In this document: positions 15,161 to 23,177 of the stretch, one piece after another
Numbering within the stretch: position 1 is the first letter of the stretch
Layout: each line of letters begins with the position of its first letter
Source: Conexivisphaerales archaeon
GTDB lineage: Archaea > Thermoproteota > Nitrososphaeria > Conexivisphaerales > DTJL01
Direction: 5' to 3'
Assembly: GCA_049509455.1 (NCBI GenBank)
Contig: JBEKZX010000022.1
Span: 1-23,473, forward strand
DNA: 23,473 nucleotides
Notes under the pieces: model-generated
What the model was told of the DNA's origin: nothing
Databases searched by the model: none
What the model saw: only the letters and a program-made list of their open reading frames with translations
Position numbers and translations under genes: made by a program

Positions 15161-16255
15161 ATGAAGGTCGTAGCCACGGGAATCAGCGGCGCGGGTCGAG
15201 GCTCTTACCTTTCACAGGTGGAGGCCCTCGCGCGGAAGGATGGCAGGCGCGTCAGGATCTTCGAAACGGGCGACATGATGTTCGAGACCGGGAGGAAGCT
15301 GGGCATCGACATCCCTGAGGACAAGATACTGGACCTGTCGCCGTCCACACTGAACTTCCTCAGGACCACCGTGTTCGAGCAGATAATCCGCGAATCCAAG
15401 GAGGTAGACGATGCAATAATCAGCACTCACGCATGCTTCCGATGGAAGAAGCACATAATCCAGGCCTTCGATTTCCACTACCTCGATCAGATTCGCCCTG
15501 ACATCTACGTCTCCATCATCGACTCCATTACCTCGGTCAGGGCGCGTCAAGAGGCTCAGCCGCAATGGAGAGGGCAGCTCTCCATGAAGGACATCTTGGT
15601 GTGGAGGGACGAGGAGGTCTTCGTGACGAAGTCCATCGCGGACTTTCAGAGGAGGCCGTTCTACGTTGTCCCCAGCGACGAGCCGCCGGAGACCCTCTTC
15701 AGGCTGCTCTACAGGCCGGGGACAGCGAAGGCGTACCTGAGTTACCCGATGACCCATACGGGGACCGAAGGAGATGACGTAAGGAAGAAGGACGCCTTCA
15801 GAGAGCGCTTGCGCAGGACGGGGATGATCGTGTTCGACCCCGTTGCCATAGGAGATGCTGAACTCCTTGCCTTCCTGGCCGATGCCAGGAAGAGGGGAGA
15901 TGGTAAGGTCACCTATTCCAAGAGAGGGGTGGACGTGTCGTTCGACGTTAAGGAGGCCGAAGAAGTCGCCGATGACGTGAACGACCAAATCGTCGCTAGG
16001 GACTATCAGCTTATCGACCAGAGCGACATGATAGTAGTCTATTACTTCCTCCCGGTGATGTCGCCTGGGGTTCTCTCGGAGATGACCTATGGCTTCACGA
16101 ACAAGAAGAACGTATACGCCATCTTCAAGGGGCCGGAGTCGCCATTCTTCAAGTACTATTCGACCAAGATATTCCAGGACGAGGATGCCCTGCTGGGCTA
16201 TCTGAAGGAGAAGGCGGGAGGACCAGTGGGCGGCTCACAGAGGAAGGAGAGCTAG
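15161..16255 (+). CDS. Fusion of an archaeal adenylate-kinase-like P-loop domain and a nucleoside 2'-deoxyribosyltransferase/DNPH1-like domain
   Basis: N-terminus VVATGISGAGRGS and ISTH resemble AdkA (GVPGVG, DTH). C-terminus YLSYPMT, VFDP, RDYQLIDQSD, SPGVLSE. Confidence 0.75.
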   Translation: MKVVATGISGAGRGSYLSQVEALARKDGRRVRIFETGDMMFETGRKLGIDIPEDKILDLSPSTLNFLRTTVFEQIIRESKEVDDAIISTHACFRWKKHIIQAFDFHYLDQIRPDIYVSIIDSITSVRARQEAQPQWRGQLSMKDILVWRDEEVFVTKSIADFQRRPFYVVPSDEPPETLFRLLYRPGTAKAYLSYPMTHTGTEGDDVRKKDAFRERLRRTGMIVFDPVAIGDAELLAFLADARKRGDGKVTYSKRGVDVSFDVKEAEEVADDVNDQIVARDYQLIDQSDMIVVYYFLPVMSPGVLSEMTYGFTNKKNVYAIFKGPESPFFKYYSTKIFQDEDALLGYLKEKAGGPVGGSQRKES

Positions 16256-16687
16256 GTGAAGACGTCGATCTTCGTCGGAGGGCTGCTGATGCTTGACGGA
16301 AGAATGTTGCTCAAGTCGGAAGGGGAAGCTACCCAATTATGGTACCGCACGCCTGGCAAGTACCTTGAAGGGGACGAGACCCTAGAGATGGCGGTATCAA
16401 GAGGCTTCAAGGAGGACACGGGGTGGATGTGCGCGGTGAAAGACCTGTCCTATGTCATCGAATCGTTCAAGGGCGACGGGGAGAGGGACCTGGGGCTCTA
16501 TTTCCTGGTCAGCGTGCCATCGGCTAAGGCACGAGAGGGCCTCAGAAGCCGGCTGTCCTTCGTCCCGATGGAGGAGATGATAGAGATGGACGTGCGACCC
16601 GCGGTCTTGGCCGGAAAGGTCTTCGCAGACGAGAAGAGAGGCGCGAGAGGGTCCGCCACCTACCTGGTCAACTACAGGGAGTTCTGA
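16256..16687 (+). CDS. NUDIX-fold protein with degenerate Nudix box
   Basis: PGKYLEGDETLEMAVSRGFKEDTGW versus the consensus GX5EX7REUXEEXGU. The GTG start directly abuts the upstream stop. Confidence 0.75.
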   Translation: MKTSIFVGGLLMLDGRMLLKSEGEATQLWYRTPGKYLEGDETLEMAVSRGFKEDTGWMCAVKDLSYVIESFKGDGERDLGLYFLVSVPSAKAREGLRSRLSFVPMEEMIEMDVRPAVLAGKVFADEKRGARGSATYLVNYREF

Positions 16688-16793
16688 ACGAAGGGCCTAA
16701 GCATAACAAGAAACCCGACGACAGCGCGATTTGCAGGGCTGACGACGAATGGTTCGAGGGGATGCTCTTCAGCAGGCTCCGCGGCGAGCCCGC

Positions 16794-17606
16794 CTAGCGC
16801 GCATGCGGCCTGTGTTTATGAGCGGGTTCCACCATGAACACGGGGTCGGTCCGGGATCTCAGAAGGCCGAGCAGCCCTATCAACCCAAGAATGACGTAGG
16901 GTACCTCCAACAGGTAGATTCCAACTAGAGTCGTGCTGGACGCTACCAAGCTCAGCGGCTGCGCCATCAGGTCCGCCAGGGACGCGTAGATGGCGGCGAG
17001 AAAGAAGAGCCCCCTTCCGACCCTCATGGCCATGAAGACCACGACTATCGCGAAACAGTAGATGAACATGTTCGAAATCCTGTCGATGATTGGCGGGCCG
17101 ATGATGGCGGCCCCGAGAGCGTATTGTGCCGAAAGGGCCTGCTGCACCGACGGCGGAAGCGTCCCCATCACGGCCGGATTCATCAGGATTTCAAGGATCC
17201 CTAAGATGCTGTTGAGCCCCAGTGCCAGCGATCCCACGCAGGCGAAACCCAGGCCGAAGCTCACGGCGTCGTTGAAGGATGCGTCGATGAGCCGGAATCG
17301 CCTGGCCCAGATCAAAGTGAATCCGGTCTCGAAGAAGCCGGTCCTCAGGCCTACGTACAACCCGAGGGCCAAGGCCGACGTCAGCGCGCTGGCGCCCTGA
17401 AGAGATGAGGGAAGGGCAGGCGAAATGAGTGCATCCATGACCACTTCCAATATCGTGACCGACAGCCAGGCGATGGCCCCCAGCCCGAAAATCTTCCATG
17501 ATGTGTTATGTTTTCGTCTCCAGTAGATGACCGGTGCCAGACCTATCAGAATCATCGCGAGCCCGCTCAGAAGAAGGATGGGGCTTGGCTGCACCAGGGT
17601 GGCCAA
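16794..17606 (-). CDS. YhfC/PrsW-like intramembrane glutamic protease family membrane protein, degenerate motifs
   Basis: About 8 TM segments. GFFETG, FGLGFACVGS and IIDRISNMFIY align by spacing with the family FEE, GxGHGxxE and ERxxxxxxH motifs. TTG start. Confidence 0.6.
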   Translation of the reverse strand: MATLVQPSPILLLSGLAMILIGLAPVIYWRRKHNTSWKIFGLGAIAWLSVTILEVVMDALISPALPSSLQGASALTSALALGLYVGLRTGFFETGFTLIWARRFRLIDASFNDAVSFGLGFACVGSLALGLNSILGILEILMNPAVMGTLPPSVQQALSAQYALGAAIIGPPIIDRISNMFIYCFAIVVVFMAMRVGRGLFFLAAIYASLADLMAQPLSLVASSTTLVGIYLLEVPYVILGLIGLLGLLRSRTDPVFMVEPAHKHRPHAR

Positions 17607-17631
17607 TGCAAAGGCCTAGATGGTTGCGACT

Positions 17632-18504
17632 TTAAGCCTTGTTGGATAGGCTCTTTGCGTAGGCGACTACAGCCCTGCAGACGTCGGCCATGAACGTATA
17701 GTTCAGCCTTTCGGGGGTATCGGCCGGCGCATGATAGCTGGAGTATCTGGAGCCTCCCGTGTCAGTCAGCAGCAGGGCAGGGTAACCTTCCGCCCAGAAG
17801 GTCGCCTGGTCACCCTTGAGGCTCTCAGGGATGGACTCGCCTTTTCCTGGAATCATGACGGGATAAGTCGTCAAATTGGGGACGGCCGCCTGGCAGGAGG
17901 CCGAGAAAGCATCGACCTGAGCCTTCGACGTGTCGCATCCGACGGCGGCCAAGAAGTCCCCCTTCGGGGGAAGGGTTGCAGGAAGGCCCTCGGGGGTGGA
18001 CTGCTTCATCGTTCCCGCCATGCCTACGGAGTCGAGGCAGACGGCCGCGCTTACAGGGATGCCTCTAGACCTGAGTTTCGTCACCAGCGTCTCACTACCC
18101 CTCAGGGAGGACCCTTCCCAAAACTCCTTCATGGAGACCGCTGCGAAGAAGACCCGGACCGGAATCCCCGAAGTCCCGATGAGCCGGCTAGCCTCCAGCA
18201 TGACGGCCACGCCGCTGGCGTTGTCGCCTGCGCCCGGAGACTTATCCACGGTGTCATAGTGGGCCACTAGGACCAACGTAGGAGGGGTATGGAAACCTGC
18301 GGCCTTCTCGCCGAGGACGTTATGGAACACGAACTTCCCCGACCGCCAGCCCTCACCCACCATGTAGCAGCCGCTCTCTACCATCTGGTTCCAGATGTAG
18401 TCCCTTGCCTTCTCTAGGCCCTTAGGGTTGGAGTCGGGCTGTCGCACATAGCAGAGGTTGGCAACGTGAAACTTCAGGAGATCAAGGGAGACGTCCTCTG
18501 GCAA
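17632..18504 (-). CDS. M28-family metallopeptidase homologue
   Basis: LVAHYDT, GAGDNASGVA, SMKEF (normally EE), CLDSVG, GDQATFW (normally SDH), YHAPAD. Confidence 0.85.
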   Translation of the reverse strand: MPEDVSLDLLKFHVANLCYVRQPDSNPKGLEKARDYIWNQMVESGCYMVGEGWRSGKFVFHNVLGEKAAGFHTPPTLVLVAHYDTVDKSPGAGDNASGVAVMLEASRLIGTSGIPVRVFFAAVSMKEFWEGSSLRGSETLVTKLRSRGIPVSAAVCLDSVGMAGTMKQSTPEGLPATLPPKGDFLAAVGCDTSKAQVDAFSASCQAAVPNLTTYPVMIPGKGESIPESLKGDQATFWAEGYPALLLTDTGGSRYSSYHAPADTPERLNYTFMADVCRAVVAYAKSLSNKA

Positions 18505-18532
18505 AATCGTTCAACAAAAACCTACAGAAGTG

Positions 18533-18580
18533 AAAAATAAAAACCTTGGCCAGAAACGCGACGCCAAGCGGCAAGGCCAA
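18533..18580 (-). terminator. Candidate terminator after the Mo-hydroxylase large subunit
   Basis: TTGGCC...GGCCAA inverted repeat followed by TTTTTATTTTT on the minus strand. The T-tract may double as the M28 gene's TATA box. Confidence 0.45.
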
Positions 18581-18584
18581 TGCC

Positions 18585-20621
18585 CTATCTCTTGCTGGCG
18601 AGCTCGTCTTGGTGGACGGGGGTGTTCCTCAGGCGCTTACCGATGGCCTTCTCCAGCGCCCTGATGACCGCCGGCGGCAGGCCGGTCGTTGCTGCCTCCC
18701 CGACCCCTTTGATGTTGACGTTCTCCAAATCCAGATGTTTCGCTAACTTCACCACGACCGGAGGGATAGATGACGCCAGAGGGAGGCCCGTGTCGGCTAT
18801 GGTTCCGGTGAGCAGCTGCCCGTCCTCGTCATACCAAGACTGTTCTGACAGCGCCTGTCCTATGCCCTGAGCCGAGGCTCCGATGACTTGGGCTATGGCG
18901 TTTTCCCTGTCGAGCACCCTGCCTATGTCGTAGTAGGCCAGGCATTCCTCCACCTTGGTCTCACCTGTCTCGTTCACGGAGACTCTGACGAAGTTGGCCC
19001 CCAGAGAGCTGACGGATTCGCGCATATAATGGAACACTCTGACGTCGAAGTCATGACAGAGAATTTCTTCGGGTGACGTGGCTCCCAGCTTCTTCGCTTC
19101 CTCCTTTATCTTCCCTGCAGCCTCGACCAGCGCGGCGCCGACCACTATCGCTGTCCGGCTACCCCACGTTCCCACTCCCTCGTCCAGCTCGTCCGTGTCG
19201 CCGGGCTGCAACTTCACCACCGATTCCGGGAATCCCAATTCGCGCTTCAATACGTTCCTTGCTATCCCTTCATGGCGCTGCCCACTTTGGCCCCCTCCAA
19301 TCCAGACGCTGACGGCGCCATCCTTGATGGATATTCTGGCTGACTCGCCGGGCTGCACCGCCGACGGCATGATGAAACAGGAGAAGCCAGTCGCCTTCTC
19401 GTTCCTCCTGTTCCAGTACCCCAGCTGATCGGCAGCCGTCCTGAGGAACGGCTCGAATGGGTCGACCTTCAGGCCGAGAGGGGAGACGAATCGTTTCGGG
19501 CTAGCGTTCCTGAGCCTTATTTCGACAGGATCCTGCTTGAGCTCATCCGCCAGGAGATCCATCATCCTCTCTATGAAGAAGGCAGCCTCCGGCCTCCCGG
19601 CGCCCCTGTAGGGCCCCAATGGGACCTTGTTCGTGTAGACCGAAGCGGATGTGATGAACGCCTTCTTGATCGAGTAGGGGCCGGTGAGGAGAAACCCGAT
19701 GAACATTGGCGCAGACGATCCGATGCCGACGGCGAACGCTCCGTTGTCGATGAGGAGGTCCGCCTTCAGGCCGCTGACGTGCCCTTCCCTGTCAGAGAAT
19801 ATCCGCATCCTTGCTCGCGCTCCCCTCCCCTGGCACGTCGCGAGAAGATGCTCTGACCTAGTCTCCACCCATTTTACGGGCTTCCGCGTCTTCATTGAAG
19901 CGTAGCAGGCTACGGCGTATTCTGGATATAGAGAGCTCTTGGCACCGAAGGCGCCTCCGGTGTCCATCTGGATGACCCTCACCTTCTCCTTGGGGAGTTG
20001 CATTATGTCGCTGATGGCCTCCTGCCATGTATGGACGGACTGGGTCGAAGCCCACACGGTTAGCTTGGAGCCGTCATAGTGCGCCACCAAGCCACGGGGT
20101 TCCATCGGGTTAGGGGATATTCTGGCGTTGGCCAATTCGTCCTCAAGGACGATGGGGGAATCGTCAGTGAAGTCTTCGCCCAGCTGGACGGCGTTTACGA
20201 TGTTGGACTTGATGCCAGGATGGATGGGTTCGAATGCGCTGGCCTCCTCCGGGTTAATGAGGGGCTTCATCGGCTCATAGTCGACCTCCACCTGCTCTAG
20301 GAGGTCCTCTGCCTCGTACACGTCCTTCCCCAAGACGCCAGCCACCGGCTGGCCCGCATAGCTGACGTATTCCTTCGGGAGGGCGGGATATGCGACGGAT
20401 ACAGGCCCTCCCCAGGCGCCTTCGCCGACCGAAACCAAGTTGGCCTTGAACTCTGATGCCGTTATGCCCCCTTTCACCTTCAGGATTCGCGCCCTAGCAT
20501 AGGGGCTCCGCACCATCTTGAGGTGCAGCATCTCCTCCATCTTCAGGTCGTCGACGAACCTCCCCCTCCCCGACAGGAACCTGTCAGAGTCTTTCATGTC
20601 AAATGTAGCTCTCCCTTGCAT
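18585..20621 (-). CDS. Xanthine dehydrogenase/CoxL(CutA)-family molybdopterin-binding large subunit
   Basis: RFLSGRGRFVDD, PMEPRG, GGAFGAK, PYRGAGRPE, GTWGSR, KGVGE. Start at 20621 or 20597. Confidence 0.92.
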   Translation of the reverse strand: MQGRATFDMKDSDRFLSGRGRFVDDLKMEEMLHLKMVRSPYARARILKVKGGITASEFKANLVSVGEGAWGGPVSVAYPALPKEYVSYAGQPVAGVLGKDVYEAEDLLEQVEVDYEPMKPLINPEEASAFEPIHPGIKSNIVNAVQLGEDFTDDSPIVLEDELANARISPNPMEPRGLVAHYDGSKLTVWASTQSVHTWQEAISDIMQLPKEKVRVIQMDTGGAFGAKSSLYPEYAVACYASMKTRKPVKWVETRSEHLLATCQGRGARARMRIFSDREGHVSGLKADLLIDNGAFAVGIGSSAPMFIGFLLTGPYSIKKAFITSASVYTNKVPLGPYRGAGRPEAAFFIERMMDLLADELKQDPVEIRLRNASPKRFVSPLGLKVDPFEPFLRTAADQLGYWNRRNEKATGFSCFIMPSAVQPGESARISIKDGAVSVWIGGGQSGQRHEGIARNVLKRELGFPESVVKLQPGDTDELDEGVGTWGSRTAIVVGAALVEAAGKIKEEAKKLGATSPEEILCHDFDVRVFHYMRESVSSLGANFVRVSVNETGETKVEECLAYYDIGRVLDRENAIAQVIGASAQGIGQALSEQSWYDEDGQLLTGTIADTGLPLASSIPPVVVKLAKHLDLENVNIKGVGEAATTGLPPAVIRALEKAIGKRLRNTPVHQDELASKR

Positions 20622-20811
20622 GAGGCTGCAGGCAAGGCCCCCGGCTCATCAAAGGATCGAACGGAGGGAATCGCTCTGCCAATGTCTTTCCGTGATTGTT
20701 CGCTAGGGTAGTTAAGCGTTAGCGAGGTCTTGAAGCTCGACCGACGTTCCCTGAAAGCTTCCGTTCGGAAAACCGTATTAGACAAGCTTCCGGAGAGCAG
20801 GAAGGTCGGCC

Positions 20812-21258
20812 TTGGAGTTCGAAGGGTCAGAGCTCATTCGTTCTCAGACAAGGAAGGTATTCGATTTCATCACCGACCCCCTGCACTTCTCCACGGGGAT
20901 CCCCGACATCCAATCCGTGAGGGTCCTGAGCGCCGACAGGTTCAGCGTGACTGCCAAGCTAGGCGTTCCTGTAATCAAGTCGACCTTCACCATCGATTTC
21001 CGGGTTTCAGACAAGGTCGCCCCTTCGCATGTCCGGCTCACCGGCCACGGCATCAGCGCAGGCAGTGCCGTCGACCTCGAGATAAGCATCGACCTCAAGG
21101 ACGAAGGCCCGAACACGGCTCTCCGTTGGAGGACCGTGGCTAGGGTCTCCGGCACGTTGGCCGCCCTTGGACAGAGGGTGCTGAGCGCCGTGGCGGACAG
21201 GTTTGTGAAGGAAGTTTTCGACAGCATTCATGCCATGTTAGAGGCGCCCGACGCCTAG
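20812..21258 (+). CDS. coxG: CoxG/SRPBCC-family protein
   Basis: MEFEGSELI...VFDFITDP, VARVSGTLAALGQRVLSAVADRFVKEVF. TTG start. Confidence 0.85.
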   Translation: MEFEGSELIRSQTRKVFDFITDPLHFSTGIPDIQSVRVLSADRFSVTAKLGVPVIKSTFTIDFRVSDKVAPSHVRLTGHGISAGSAVDLEISIDLKDEGPNTALRWRTVARVSGTLAALGQRVLSAVADRFVKEVFDSIHAMLEAPDA

Positions 21259-21288
21259 ACTTGAAGCGGAAAGTCCGGGTCAGGGAGC

Positions 21289-21783
21289 TTAGGGGACCGA
21301 AGGACCGCCGGAACGGTCTTCCCCGCCGGCCTTTGCTTTCGAGGCCATCAGTATCGCTTCCACTATGTAGGAATACCCGGTGCACCGGCATATGTTGCCG
21401 GAGATGGCCTCTCTCACGGTGGCCTCGTCCAGCTCGGACGACCTCGACAGAAGGTCATAGGACGTCATCAGAAGTCCGGGCGTGCAGTACCCGCATTGGA
21501 CGGCGAGGCATTCGGAGAAGGCCTTCTGCAGCGGATGGAAGCCCTTCTGGCTTGCTAGGCCTTCCGACGTCAGGATGGATGAGCCGTCGGCCTGGACCCC
21601 CAGCACCAGACATGATTTCACGGCGTTACCGTCCAGTATCACGGTGCAGGCGCCGCATCTGCCCTCATCGCATCCCTGGTGCACGCTAAGATAACCGCTA
21701 TCCCTAAGCAAGTCTACCAGCAGAATCCTCGGAGCCGCGTCCACTTCGCGGATCTTCCCGTTGACGGTGAGCTTAATTCGCAT
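21289..21783 (-). CDS. [2Fe-2S] small subunit, CoxS/CutC family
   Basis: GCDEGRCGACTV...SC and QCGYCTPG...GNICRCTGY. Confidence 0.95.
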   Translation of the reverse strand: MRIKLTVNGKIREVDAAPRILLVDLLRDSGYLSVHQGCDEGRCGACTVILDGNAVKSCLVLGVQADGSSILTSEGLASQKGFHPLQKAFSECLAVQCGYCTPGLLMTSYDLLSRSSELDEATVREAISGNICRCTGYSYIVEAILMASKAKAGGEDRSGGPSVP

Positions 21784-22653
21784 TCAGACGCCTCCGAATG
21801 CAGACAGCAGGGCTCGCTCGGCGGCGAGGGACGCCATGTCTCGCCTGTAGGGCGCTGGAATCCTCGGGTCCGCCAGCGGTCGTGGAAGATTTGAATGGAC
21901 CGCCGCTGTGGCGTCAAGTAGGAGGGCCTCTGTCAGCGTCTTTCCATTCAGGACGTCCTCAGCCTCTGTCACCCGCACAGGGACCGGCGAGGTGGCACCG
22001 ATGACGATTGAGGCAGATTCGCAGACGGAAGCGTGTATCTTAAGGAGCACTGCGGCGATCGCCGTCGCGAAGCCTCCTCCTTGGCCATGGATGACTTCAT
22101 AGCCCCAGCGGTCTTCATGTGTGAAAGGGATCCTGATTTCGGTTAGTATCTCGTCGGGGCGCAGGGCCGTAGTGAACATATCCCTAAAGAAATCGGCGGC
22201 CCGGATGACCCTCTCCCCGTCCGCCCCTCGGGCGACCAGTTCGGCGTCGAGGGCGACGACGGCGGGGACATAGTGAGCTGCGGGATCGGCATGGCATAGG
22301 CTGCCACCAAGGGTGCCCCTGTTCCTGATTTGGTAGTCCCCGACGTCCTGCGCGGCCTTCGCCAGCATCGGGCATCTCGCTCTGACGATTCCAGACGAAT
22401 GGAGCCCATAGTGGGTCATGAGCGCTCCTATCGAGATGCCACCCCGACCCTCCCTGACGTAGGACAGCTCTCCCCCTAGATGCTTGCCGATGTCCACAAG
22501 GACCGTGGAGCTCGCCAGCCTGAACCTCATCAGCGGGAGGAGGCTCTGGCCCCCGGCAATGACCTTCACCTCTCCCTGATTCTTGGCGATCAGGCGGAAG
22601 GCGTCGTCGATGGTCGAGGGTGCGTAGTACTCGAAGGGTCTTGGGACGGGCAT
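21784..22653 (-). CDS. FAD-binding medium subunit, CoxM/CutB family
   Basis: FEYYAP, IAGGQSLLP, QIRNRGTLGGSLCHADPAA, PDEILTEI. TGA-ATG junction with the small subunit gene. Confidence 0.95.
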   Translation of the reverse strand: MPVPRPFEYYAPSTIDDAFRLIAKNQGEVKVIAGGQSLLPLMRFRLASSTVLVDIGKHLGGELSYVREGRGGISIGALMTHYGLHSSGIVRARCPMLAKAAQDVGDYQIRNRGTLGGSLCHADPAAHYVPAVVALDAELVARGADGERVIRAADFFRDMFTTALRPDEILTEIRIPFTHEDRWGYEVIHGQGGGFATAIAAVLLKIHASVCESASIVIGATSPVPVRVTEAEDVLNGKTLTEALLLDATAAVHSNLPRPLADPRIPAPYRRDMASLAAERALLSAFGGV

Positions 22654-22942
22654 TTTCTGTACGACGACATGATTCAGGACAGCCCTTTAGACTTTGTCAC
22701 GGGAACAGCGCCCCCCTCCATTGCATGATTTGTGCCCATGCAGCCGAACTCGAGAAGGTACTGGTCTGCTTGGAGTATGGAGGGTATGTCTTCCTCTACT
22801 CGTCGTGCGGATTCCTTGAAAGGAGGGAGAAGGGGCTGCCTGTTGTCAGGGAGGGGGGAGATCTAAGGGACGTTCGGACGGGGACTCGTCGACCAGACAG
22901 GACGGGAGGGGTGACCAGTCTCCTTGCGCCAAGCGTTGCTAG

Positions 22943-23015
22943 CTGGTGAACAGGAATCCGATTTCGTTTGGGTTTCAGTACTCAGACGATTGCGAATCCC
23001 CAACGATGCGGACTC
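22943..23015 (+). repeat. Dispersed 73-bp repeat, copy 2 (partner at 415-487)
   Basis: CTGGT...CAGGAATCC.ATTTC...GCGAATCCCCAACG.T.CGGACTC, 56/73 identical to copy 1. Confidence 0.7.
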
Positions 23016-23177
23016 ACTGCTGAGATGCCCCCAGAGAGGAGGCTTCGTGTTTGAATCCCGTCCTTTCGACATCGGCGAAACAGGACTCTAACTAGTCCAC
23101 AATTCGGGACCACGGGGGCGAGGCGACATCGGGGCTGTCCATAAAGTAGGAGGCTTAATCCGTGAGGAGACAGATGG

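Noticed and set aside
2242-15988. Long antisense ORFs such as 2242-3024, 5622-6389, 11654-12343, 14104-14772 and 15212-15988
   Set aside because: They are shadows of well-supported genes on the opposite strand, as expected in GC-rich DNA, and carry no family motifs.
16690-16797. Possible GNAT C-terminal remnant (DDEWFEGMLFSRLRGE)
   Set aside because: Too short, no start codon, and the similarity is only impressionistic.
18585-22653. Aerobic CO oxidation (form I CODH)
   Set aside because: The loop is PYRGAGR rather than AYxCSFR, and no coxDEF accessory genes are in the window.
22735-22949. Small ORF upstream of the FAD subunit gene (MICAHAAELEKVLVC...)
   Set aside because: No recognisable motif or convincing promoter/SD, so it cannot be supported.
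22943-23015. Hammerhead ribozyme or group II intron domain V in the dispersed repeat
   Set aside because: CTGAGTA...GAAA on the minus strand breaks the CUGANGA core and is not kept in copy 1. The AGCCG...GTACGG resemblance to domain V does not pair properly.
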